Below, piece by piece: positions 36,942 to 47,187 of a DNA stretch of 64,000 bases; the first letter of the stretch is position 1; every line of letters begins with the position of its first letter. The stretch comes from Perkinsus chesapeaki ATCC PRA-425. Its lineage: Eukaryota; Protista; Perkinsozoa. The DNA lies in assembly GCA_013115145.1 (NCBI GenBank), contig JAAPAO010000021.1:68291-132290 (forward strand), given 5' to 3'. The notes beneath the pieces were generated by a model that was given only the letters and a program-made list of their open reading frames with translations, searched no databases and had not been told where the DNA came from. The translations under genes were made by a program, and so were the position numbers.

Positions 36942-38595
36942 ATGTACTCTCCGATGGAGGCCATCAGGTAGGCTCCGATCGGCTTCAAACTCCATCTGCT
37001 ATCCGCGCTCTCCCTATGGGAAATGTCTTCACTAGGATTGGTCGGTATTCTCCTCTATCGACGGTTCATTTATATACGGTATTATTGGGATTTGTGTAGG
37101 GATGTGTCAACAGCCTATGTTGGTCTGATGATGGTCAATTCCTCCTTACCGGTAGCGATGACAGACGTCTAGCTCTATGGAGGTTTGACAATCACGATTT
37201 CGACAGTGCTTCGGCTAAGCGACCAGTTCGCCTATTGGAGACCGGTGGGTCCAGCGGGGTGTCAGCAGCCTTCTCAAGTGGCCGGTCTCAGGGCACAGTC
37301 TCAATATCTTTCACGGTCGGTTCTTCCCGGGCAGCACATCGCTGATTGCCAGCTGCAGCCTTGACGCCTCCGTACGAGTTCACGACATCACCACTTCTAC
37401 CAACATAGTGTGTAGCACCGCTCATCGGGAGAGGGTTAAAAAACTAGTAAGACTGCGTTCCGTACCCCACAGATCTCCACCATACCAAAGGTGCTGCCAT
37501 GGGACTGCCCTTCCCTGGTGATATCCTGCAGCCACGATGGAACTATAAGGCAGATGGACATCAGAGATCCAGCATCATGCAAGAGCCCTGATGTAGGCGC
37601 CCCTGTGGGACGGTGGGCTACACTGCGAGCTTCAGATACTGGCCAGTTGGAGCGAAGGCATCAATGGTATCAGCGGTGGGTGGAATCTTCGACCATATTC
37701 CTTACTAGCCGGTGGGGAGCGGCCGACACTTAGTGTGTATGATCGGCGGCGAATGCATGCGTTGCAGTGTGGTGACAGCACGGCCTCGCCGTGCGTGGTT
37801 GCCGAACTCCAAGGGCCCGACCCTGCTATATCCGATGCTGATTTGAAGGAGCTATGTGTTAGTGGTGTATGTTTATCCCAAAGTGGTAGAGTAGGTATTG
37901 GTTCATGGATGAATGGTGAAGGTATATATGCATTTGATATTGATAATCCTAATAAACCTATTGGTCCACCATTTAAAGGACATGCTAACTCACGTACAGT
38001 TAAAGAAGTATCATTTATTGGATTAAATCAAGAATATATTGCCAGTGGTAGCGATGATGGTAACTGGTTTGCATGGCGACTACATGGGCCTTCTCACTGT
38101 GAGCAAGCGGACTCAGGGTCTCCGCCATCTCCTGTGGACTCACGGCTTGTCCATGTTGGTCTTGAGGCCGATCTCGAAGTGGTGAACTGTGTCCAGCAGC
38201 ATCCCTCTCAGTGCTGTGTGGTCACCTCTGGCATCGAAGATGACATTAAAGTGTGGCGTCCTGAACGAGCTGTCACATTTCATCATCGCCGGCAGTCGGT
38301 GCGTGATGATCCGAGACTGCGGCAGATAGTGACGGAGAATCTCAGCAGGACGGCTGACACTCAGGGGCTAAGTAACTTTATCCTTACCATTCTTCGTCGA
38401 AGATTCCCTCAAGCTCGCAACATCCAAAGGTTTGGCTCCACTGTAGTGTTTACGAGGTCACCGTCCTCATCGTCAGAGAGCAGTGACCCAGCTGTTGAGT
38501 CCAGCGATGCCAGCTTCACAGAGGCCATTTCCTTGGAGGTTCAATCGGCTCTCACTTCTACGGACCAGGAATCCCTCGATGATGATGACGACTGA
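36942..38595 (+). CDS. DCAF8/DCAF6/WDTC1-like WD40 protein, copy A (start approximate)
   Basis: GCVNSLCWSDDGQFLLTGSDD, FKGHANSRTVKEVSFIG..EYIASGSDDGNWF, ADLEVVNCVQQHP and TSGIEDDIKVW. Confidence 0.85.
37861..38082 (+). repeat. 222-bp AT-rich coding tract, 218/222 identical to 39703-39924
   Basis: Manual comparison found four mismatches, all transitions; 37861-38040 is 58/180 GC. Confidence 0.95.
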
Positions 38596-38720
38596 CGGCA
38601 TGTATGATGATCGGCCCAGTATGGAAGGAGTCATCACAGTGGGCGTGTAATTATTGCCTAGTTTCACAACGGACATACCTACGCAGTGTTCGTGCCCTTG
38701 GCTTATTGCATCTCAGCTCC

Positions 38721-40573
38721 ATGTCATTTTATGACCGGCATCAGTGCCGCCCCCGCCGCTACAACTGCCTCCCTGGGGGCTACCATCTTCTGGGGGCTCG
38801 AAGCCTCTCGGCGAACTGGCGCATGTATCCAGCCAGATTGAAACGAAGTGAGGTTGATCTCGACGCTCACGCAGTAAGTCCCGGTAGGGTTGGCGCCCCC
38901 TATCTCCCTTGGTCGATTGTTGACTCCCTTCAGGGCTGTGTCAACACCTTATGTTGGTCTGAGGATGGCCAGCTGCTGCTATCGGGCAGCGATGACACAC
39001 ATCTGATGCTATGGCGATATAGCGATATTACGGCTCGAGAGGGACTAGGGGGAACATGTCGGCCGGCGGAGATCATTCACACAGGTCGGATAGGCATGGT
39101 TGGTAGTGGAGCTGGAGCAGCTTTGGGGAGCAGGTCATAGCAGCAACATATTTCACAGCCGGTTCTTCCCGGACCGATCATTCCTTGTGGCCAGCTGTAG
39201 CCTGGACGGCAGTGTGAAGGTCATTGACATCGAGAACGGTATAGTGCTGGAGACCAGCAGTGCCCACAAGGATATGGTCACCAAACTGGTACGCCCTCGC
39301 CTCGGCTTGATCGACTTGTGCTTATCAGGTGATACCATGGGACAGTCCTCAGTTGGTCATATCGTGTAGTGCTGACTCTACCATACGGCAGTTTGACCTC
39401 AGAGCAGGACCGTCATCGTCGGAAATCCTCTCCCGGTGGGCAGACTGGCGAGGCGGCATCAATGCTATCAGCGGTGGATGGGCCATGCGACCCTACTCGG
39501 TGAGATTACTACCATTGCTTCCTTTAAAGAGAGTGCATTCTACCAGATCCTAGCTGGTGGAGATTGGCCTGTAGTGCAGCTGTATGATAGAAGGCGGATG
39601 GGGTTGGACGGTCGAGCTAGCCACTCAGCACCAGGGCCTCAGCCAGTGGTCAGCCTTCGGGGACCTGCTATGAGCAATAGTCGAACTGAAAGGCTAACAG
39701 TCAGTGGTGTATGCCTATCCCAAAGTGGTAGAGTAGGTATTGGTTCATGGATGAATGGTGAAGGTATATATGCATTTGATATTGATAATCCTAATAAACC
39801 TATTGGTCCACCATTTAAAGGACATGCCAACTCACGTACAGTTAAAGAAGTATCATTTATTGGATTAAATCAAGAATATGTTGCCAGTGGTAGCGATGAT
39901 GGTAACTGGTTTGCATGGCGACTAAGGCAGGGACATTCCAGCATCGTCCAGGAGATGGCGTCCTGCGATGACCCCGACTCTGGGACGGTCGGCTTCCCTA
40001 TCGACCCTCGACTTTGCCATGTCGGTCTCAACGCGGATTCCGAGGTCGTCAACTGTGTACAGCAGCACCCCACTGACTTCTGCGTGGCCACCGCTGGCAT
40101 CGACAACGACATCAAAATTTGGCGCCCTTCTGGGGATCGCTCCGTCCGACCAAGTGTCACTGATATCCGACGGATCTGCCGTGAGAACTCCCTCTTGGAG
40201 TTCGGCCGCAGCAGCAACAGCATAGCTTCAATGAGCGCAATGCTCCGTTTACTAGGTGAACAGCTTAGACGGAGCGAAGTTGATGATAGCAGTGAGGATG
40301 AGGCGGAGCTCGAAGCTCGGAGGCGACTCAGGGAACTGGTAATACTGGCAGTAGGGTTAGCAGCAGCAGTGGGGGGGTCTAATGCGTGTATTGATTCAGT
40401 TGACAAGTATGGCGGGGGAACAATCCGACTCGGACGATGACATGGAAGATGAACTTCTGAGTGATGACGATGATGACGAGGATAACGAGCGACCGAATGA
40501 TAGCGATGATGAAGACTCACCGCCAGATCCGGCCAGGCGGCGACCACGTATGATCAGATGCCTCCAGCAGTGA
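38721..40573 (+). CDS. DCAF8/DCAF6/WDTC1-like WD40 protein, copy B, predicted C-terminal CaaX (CLQQ)
   Basis: GCVNTLCWSEDGQLLLSGSDD, GHSSNIFHSRF, FKGHANSRTVKEV and ADSEVVNCVQQHP; the acidic tail ends ...MIRCLQQ* after a presumed intron at about 40376-40397. Confidence 0.85.
39703..39924 (+). repeat. 222-bp AT-rich coding tract matching 37861-38082
   Basis: Direct sequence comparison. Confidence 0.95.
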
Positions 40574-40751
40574 GTGCTGATGTCACATTTTTAAACAGTT
40601 GTTGTTGTATATGTTGTTGTTTGTTTGCTCCCATTTCTGGACTGCTCCTGCTTCATGATGCTCACCGTTTCCTTCTCATGGTGTTGACTGGATGGGCTGC
40701 TGCTGCAGACGACAGTTGTAGTTCATTTTATTGTTGGTTCGACTGGTGTGA

Positions 40752-42500
40752 ATGCAGATCGACCGACTTAAACAGCTCCAAGACGCTGCCCGAGATAGAG
40801 GCGTCGTCGTCAAGGTACTACTCCCTTCCTCAAAGTCACCATATGGACTTCCTAATAGGTCAACTTGCTCGGTCTGGCAGCGGCCACCGCGGCTACTGCT
40901 GCTGGTGCGGCGGCGGTGGCCACTTCCGCGGCGACAACTGCTGGTGGTGTAGCCGGGAAGCCCAGCCCGGTATTCGATGACTCTGCCATGCCAACCGATA
41001 CTAGCGCACCAGGCACTCCTCAGGATGGAAAAATCGGCACTGGTAGTGGCCGATGCGACGAGTGGGTATGGCGACGAGGCTGCTCTGTTGTCAGGAACCG
41101 AAGTGGCTGCTTTCCTTGGTGTGTCTTGGAAGGCATCGGAGGCAAAAGCGGAGGCGGAGAAGAGGCAGGCCATGGATGAGTTCTACACCCAAGCAGGTCG
41201 GTGAAGGGCGGCACTTGTTTACATTCCCTATGTGCTGTTGGTGATCAGGCGATGTCCAAAGGAACCTCGGCCAGATTAATAAGAACTTGGATCAGTTAGA
41301 CCAGAAGCGGATAGATGTTATTAATGCCACCAGCCAGCAACAGGAGCAAGGTGAGCTGGCAGAGGAGCTCGAAAGCCGTCGACGCACTGTGTCACATTTG
41401 CAGCCATCCGAGACGATGTCGATGAGATCGTCGGCGATGTCAACAGGGATATGGTGGGAACCAAGAAGAAGGTAGCAAGGTCGAATTTCGGGGCGCAGTG
41501 AAACTATTGTATGTCAGATTGAGGCCATGGGTGAATCTACCAAAGCCTTCGAGGATAAGTTTGCGTCCAAGTGTCACATTGCATCGGAGCTTCGTATCCG
41601 TAACGGTATGGAGCAGGCCGGCCTAAGACGGCTGAATGAATATGTAAGTTGAGGAGTAAAAGAGGATGAGGAGGGCAGAACACTCGATCTGTTTCAGCTT
41701 AAACGTTTCCAAAAATTACAAACAGACTTTAATAGTGACATCCGAGAGAAGGCTCTTCGACAGTTGGCCATCGCTGTGCCGGCGGCCACAGAGGAGGAGG
41801 TAAGGCGCTAGTATCTGCTAGTAGCTCATTTCTATCTTTAGAGGGAGGCTATGGTGGACCAGGGTGTCCAACCGCAAGAGCAGTACTTCCGGTCGAAGCA
41901 GGACAGGATTACCAAGCTGCAGGGCCTCAGGGACAGGTCAGCTCTCCTCCAAGCTGCTCAACGGGGGGATGTGGCGAGTGTGTAGGTATGAATCAATTCA
42001 ACGACTGGAGCAGTCAATACAGGAAGTGAATCAAATGATGATTGAGCTAGCGGTGAGCTTCCATGGAGTCTCTAAGATGGTGGCGTTGATGGAGTCGTTG
42101 TGGCAGTTGCTTGTGGAACAGCAAGGAGAGATGCTGGACTCAATCGAGTTCAATGTTGTTAATACCAAGAACAATGCAGGTAGGAGATTGGCTACGGTTG
42201 AGGAGGTGATGTGATGATGTTGTGTGGCAGCCCGTACCGAGCGAGCGTTGATTAAAGGCCGTAAGAAGCAGAAAAGGAATCTTTGGTTCAAGTTTTGCAT
42301 ATGTGTCTGCTGTGTCGTATGCATCCTTGCCTTGGTAAGTCTAAGCCATATCGCAGTGGTGGCGGACCTGCTGCTGCTGCTGCTCCTCAACTTTTCATAA
42401 AAGTTATTTTCATGCGACTTCTTCATTACATTTATATATTCCCTAGCCTCGCCCATATTTCCTTTTTCCCAGGTACTCGGTCTCCTATCCTACTTCAAGG
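40752..42500 (+). CDS. Syntaxin (Qa-SNARE, syntaxin-1-like), multi-exon; 3' end approximate
   Basis: MQIDRLKQLQ, Habc-like RIRNGMEQAGL/KRFQKLQTDF, SNARE motif RYESIQRLEQSIQEVNQMMIELA/LVEQQGEMLDSIEFNV and C-terminal RKKQKRNLWFKFCICVCCVVCILAL. Confidence 0.85.
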
Positions 42501-43345
42501 TATTGTTCCCTCAACAGAGCAGGTAACCATTATTCATCATTCGTACCATTCCTCCTTTGTAAATTGTTTTTACCACCCCCTTAACCATTGCCTCTAGAGT
42601 GCGGTAGTCTTATCATAATACTCGCTGCTGCTACTGATGCTGCTGATGCTGCTGATGCTGCCATAACTGTTCTTCTAATTGTCATCATTGTAAATGTATC
42701 CGACTGTTGCTATCACCACTTCGACTGACTTAAGCCGCCACCGATGTTGTCGCCGCTGGTCATTCCACCACCAGGGTCTTCAAGTTGCTCTCTTTGGAGA
42801 TTTCAGTACTATATATTATCCATCCCTGACTCCCGCAGGGCAATTCGATCCCCCAGCAAGTGTTGTGTTCGTGCCTGTGATATGCCTCGACTTAGCGTTT
42901 AGCTTCCTCCCTATATCTGCATCTAATGCTGTTCGCTCGTTTCGGCGCCAGAGCTACCAGGGCCTTCTCTACCTACAAGTCTGCCCACCAGGAGACGCCG
43001 CTCACCTACTACCGTGCCACTCAGCACGCCACATCATCCATTAATCATCGTTTGGCTTATGTCAATGCGTAAGCCTCAGCCAGCTGCCTTGTAGTGGTTA
43101 TCATATCTTTCAGGGTGTTCGTTTTCTGGGTATGCGACTCGCTGAACGCTATGGTGGATTGGTAGGCCTCCAATGGAGGTTGTGGAAGATGATGAGCAGC
43201 AGCGATGGTTAACAAACATGATAGTATCAGTTTTCAGTATTTTTGATTGGTTCGGTTTGTGTTGAGGCTTAAGGAGTAGGAGGAGGCCTCCACTTGCTTC
43301 TTTCAGAGTTTGTTTACTCATTATTATTACTACTTAACTATAACT

Positions 43346-44170
43346 ATGTCTGGTGCTGGTTCTATGATCGCTTTGGGCCCCTTCTTTGCAATCTGCCAAG
43401 GGTGCGGTGTGTCAATGCAGAAGGGCCTTCTATCACTCTTAAAACAAGTCGGTATCACCTACGGTCTCAATATCCTGGTCCGTTACAGCGTCAACGGTCT
43501 ACTTCCCGAAGGCTTCTATGATTCCCTTCCGTGGGGCCCAGCTCTGGAGCTGATGCTTTATTGTTTAGATCTCCTGGGTATGGTGCAAATCATATTCTAC
43601 TCTGACTGCCTTAAGAAAGGCTTTGAAGATGATGCTCGTCGAGCCCTAGCAGTTGGTGTCACATGGGCCACGGCCGAAGTAATCCGTTATAACTACAACT
43701 TCGGTCTCACCCTCGAGATGCACCAGTCAAGGCTGGCCGTCTTTACCCCCTCCACCCTCATGAGCAATGTTGTCCTTGCCAGCGATGTGTGCTTGGCCAC
43801 CGGCGTCTGGCTGGTGTACAAGTTCGGTCAGCGTCTGCTCCCCCTTCTGGTGGTGTTCCTGTCGGCCTTCTTCCTTCCTGGCCTGGCTATCGATCTTCGC
43901 AGTATCTATGGTATGAACCACTGGGATAACGAGTTCCTTGGTATTATGCTGGCGGCCGCCGCTGCGACATCTGTCTTCACCTACTGGGTGTGGGGCAAGT
44001 ACTATCCAGAAGGCTCAGCTAAACAGGCTGAACTGGACGAGATAGCCGATGAGAAGCAAGAGAAGGAGGATGCTGCCAAGAAGGCTGAGAAGGACAAGTC
44101 CGGAAACATGGTCCCCGAGCGTCGTGGTAAAAAGGCCCGTGCTGCTGCCAGGAAGGCCAAGCACGACTAA
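43346..44170 (+). CDS. TMEM147: TMEM147-like multi-pass ER membrane protein
   Basis: DLLGM..., ALAVGVTWATAEVI and SNVVLASDVCLATGVW resemble TMEM147 (VAALGWATAELI; SNISLV..VW); lysine-rich tail. Confidence 0.75.
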   Translation: MSGAGSMIALGPFFAICQGCGVSMQKGLLSLLKQVGITYGLNILVRYSVNGLLPEGFYDSLPWGPALELMLYCLDLLGMVQIIFYSDCLKKGFEDDARRALAVGVTWATAEVIRYNYNFGLTLEMHQSRLAVFTPSTLMSNVVLASDVCLATGVWLVYKFGQRLLPLLVVFLSAFFLPGLAIDLRSIYGMNHWDNEFLGIMLAAAAATSVFTYWVWGKYYPEGSAKQAELDEIADEKQEKEDAAKKAEKDKSGNMVPERRGKKARAAARKAKHD

Positions 44171-44488
44171 GACCACAGTTACTGGAATAGAGCGAAGTTT
44201 ATGTTTCATTCCGTTTATCCAACGAATACTGTACAGTAGACGCAACGGCGAATTTGCGTTAATAGTAACAGTAGGGCGAGCTGCTCTGGATCATAGATTA
44301 CGAATTACTACGCAAGGCCCCGAGTAGTAGAGAACCATCTAGCGAGGATAGTACTTGAACATGAAAGCTGCTTCGTAGTCCCCGACAACACCAGCCTGGC
44401 CTAGTCTGGATTGTTTGCGGGCTCCTCTGCCCCTGTTCGCATTGTTGTAGAGGGTTCCTACCTGTCCTCATTGGCGGAAGAGTAATAA

Positions 44489-45704
44489 ATGTCATCGATA
44501 GCATCCGATGCGACAGGCTTCTTGGAAGCGAAAGTCGAAGCCCTCACCATGCGGGTGACAAATTTGGAGAGTCTCTATCTGCCCAAGTTGCCGACAGGCG
44601 CACTTCCCAGCCCGATGGTTCTCCTGAGTGAGACTATCGCAAGCCGTGGGCAGGCTAAGATGGAAGCTTTGAGCTCAGGCACGATGAACAGGTCTCTTTC
44701 GGAGTGCTTAGAGTTGATAGAAAAAACTGAATGCGAATTGCGCGACGAAATAAACCGAGTGCAGAACGAGTTGGCATCCTTGCTAAATTCCAAAACGAAG
44801 GTTACCCGTTGAACGGTTAGGAGGCGAATAGGTCACCCGCTCAGGAGAGCCACTTGGCCGTCAGTGACGTATTGGCCAGAACAGACTCGCTTGAAGTAGC
44901 GCGGTCTGAGGATGCTAACAGGCTCGAGCGGGTCATTAAGGAAATGAACAGCATCAAGCGACATGCACGTCAAGAAACACAGGTGAGCAAATACCTGGTC
45001 ATTGGTTATCACAAACCTGAAGGCATGCCGAGTCCCGGTTATCAGTTTCTTAATAAAACGGAGAGCTTGGGCAAGCAGATAAACGATCTCCGTGATCAAA
45101 CCGATAAGCTTGGCGACGAAGTAAGAAACTTGTCCCAATCAGTAGGCTATCGGGCTTATAGGTGAAATCCCTGTCTAAGAAGTGCACGGAAACAGATGTG
45201 CGCTCCTGTGAAAACCACGTACTGTTGACGAAGGTCCAAGAAAGAGCTCGCGTCTATGAGAAGGCCGCCAGTCGAGTAGATCTGATGGACAAAAATATCG
45301 ACGCGGCAGGAGCCAAACTAGCAGCATATCGGCACTTGTGTTCGTTCTAGGTTCAGGAAGAGCTATTCCGCTTAGCAGCAGCGTCAACGAAGAGTGGACA
45401 GTCGATTAATGATAAGGTCGAATCTATCCGGACGGCGCTGAGCGCCTTGGAAGCTTCGCTCGCACCAAGATTGACTTCTTTCGAAGCTAGGATAGAAAAA
45501 TTAGAGAATGTCAGGCATCTCGAAATCTGCGCCTTCGCGGAGTGTGTCACTCAGGTACCAGTGGAACCCTTGTCAATGAAGTCGTTCCCCGATAGCTACG
45601 ATCAGGCGGTCCCCACAGTGCCAGGCGTGGCGAGCTTGCAGAAAATAAGCTTGGAAGTGAAGAACATCGCCCGCGGTGGGCGAGATAGAGCTCCTCATGC
45701 TTGA
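44489..45704 (+). CDS. Hypothetical coiled-coil protein, multi-exon
   Basis: Successive heptad-rich ORF pieces (44489, 44854, 45162, 45447) separated by GT..AG-like gaps. Confidence 0.55.
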
Positions 45705-45882
45705 GTGTGGAGTCGATCCAGACGTTCTCGTATTCAAGCGTTGGGTTACTTTTTCAACACGACACTTCCAATGGAGAATATACGTAGCTCAAAAAGTATT
45801 CGACTATTGTGCAACAATCCCTATGAGGGCTTGATTAAAGGACAGATAATATAACAAGCAATTAGTGATATTGGTCTATGCT

Positions 45883-47139
45883 TCAGCAGTTACCTCCGAA
45901 GCATTTCCTATAGTCCACTGTCAGCCATGTGAATGGCATCAAACTGAGTGTATAGAAGCCTAGACGAGTTCCATCGCTTCCAGCCTTGGACTTTAGATCC
46001 TTCATCAGTTCAATAGCTGCCATAGGCGACCAAGAGCCCAGTTCATTAGCACCCAGAGTGTCCGTACAAGCACGGTTGTTGAGAGGGTACATGCAACCAG
46101 GCGAACCGAAATGCCTCGGTGACCACAACAGCACAGTGTCGTCGGCGTATCGCTGCGTATCGGTCTTAGGAATAGGAGATTCTCCGCTGATGCTAGAGAG
46201 AAGGAAGTTGGCCATGTCCTGGGCTTGATCCTTCCTAGTAGCAAACTCTGACCCCGCTCCCCGATAGGCTTCAGGACTAGGGACCCAAAAGTCCAGCAGG
46301 AATGAAAAATAAACATCTATTGAAGTAGTGTATCGGTTCTTGGCGCCGTTCAAGACACCTAGCCCAACGGTCAGCCCTAGCCTCAAGCTGCCTTTGGCTG
46401 CGGCACCCTGGTTAACGAGATCTGGCAGGACTGAACTGCTGATGTTGATGCCATCGATCACGATACCGACGATCATTCTGGCGCCAACATGGCTGTTCCA
46501 CGTCGAAGCGAATGTAAAGAGGCACTCCATGATGCTGGGCCGACCGTTACATACAGTGGACCAGCTGTTGTCGTTGGGAACGGCATTAAGCCAAAGGCTT
46601 CCTCCGACGTCTTCGAGCCGTCGAAGAAGCGACTGAAAATCCTGGCCACCACCAACGCTGGTACTTTGGCTCACACGTGTCACGTCACCATCGATCCAAT
46701 TTTTGAGAGTGTTCCCGGTTACTGAAAGAACCAGATCGCCAACACGTACATTGAGGCAATTTACACCAGAAGCAAAAGTGGGCAGATGGTCAGTTAGAAA
46801 AGCTCGAGGACCAGCAGCCGACATGCTCGGCCAGTCGGAAAAGAGAACGACGTCGGAAGTGACGTCAGTCGGCCTGCCGTCTGGGCATACGTTGGGCGGC
46901 GGGGTTGTTGTGGGCCCGGTGGGGGTCGGGGGCTGAGTAGGCTCGATGGTGGGACCACCTGGTGTAGTGGTACTGCTGAAGCCTGGAGGTGGTCTTATGC
47001 TGGGTGTTGCTCGTGATGAACAACCAACAGCGAAGAGAGCAGTGAGACTAAGTGTCCAGAGGATGACCAGGTCTCTCCAGCAGTTGTACGAGGGCATTTG
47101 AGATGTTACAGTACTAACTGGAATCCTGTGAACCAACAA
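45883..47139 (-). CDS. Putative secreted protein with Pro/Thr-rich stalk and an unassigned alpha/beta domain
   Basis: 418-aa intronless ORF; hydrophobic LVILWTLSLTALFAVGC, then PPPGFSSTTTPGGPTIEPTQPPTPTGPTTTPPPNVC; several Cys. Confidence 0.75.
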   Translation of the reverse strand: MLVHRIPVSTVTSQMPSYNCWRDLVILWTLSLTALFAVGCSSRATPSIRPPPGFSSTTTPGGPTIEPTQPPTPTGPTTTPPPNVCPDGRPTDVTSDVVLFSDWPSMSAAGPRAFLTDHLPTFASGVNCLNVRVGDLVLSVTGNTLKNWIDGDVTRVSQSTSVGGGQDFQSLLRRLEDVGGSLWLNAVPNDNSWSTVCNGRPSIMECLFTFASTWNSHVGARMIVGIVIDGINISSSVLPDLVNQGAAAKGSLRLGLTVGLGVLNGAKNRYTTSIDVYFSFLLDFWVPSPEAYRGAGSEFATRKDQAQDMANFLLSSISGESPIPKTDTQRYADDTVLLWSPRHFGSPGCMYPLNNRACTDTLGANELGSWSPMAAIELMKDLKSKAGSDGTRLGFYTLSLMPFTWLTVDYRKCFGGNC

Positions 47140-47187
47140 GAGCGTACCAACCCACAGGCGCGCAACAAAAGTAGTCCGGAGACTGCC

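Noticed and set aside
42600-43320. Possible small minus-strand gene between syntaxin and TMEM147, with a GCTGAT-type repeat at about 42630
   Set aside because: No consistent spliced frame or recognisable motif could be built.
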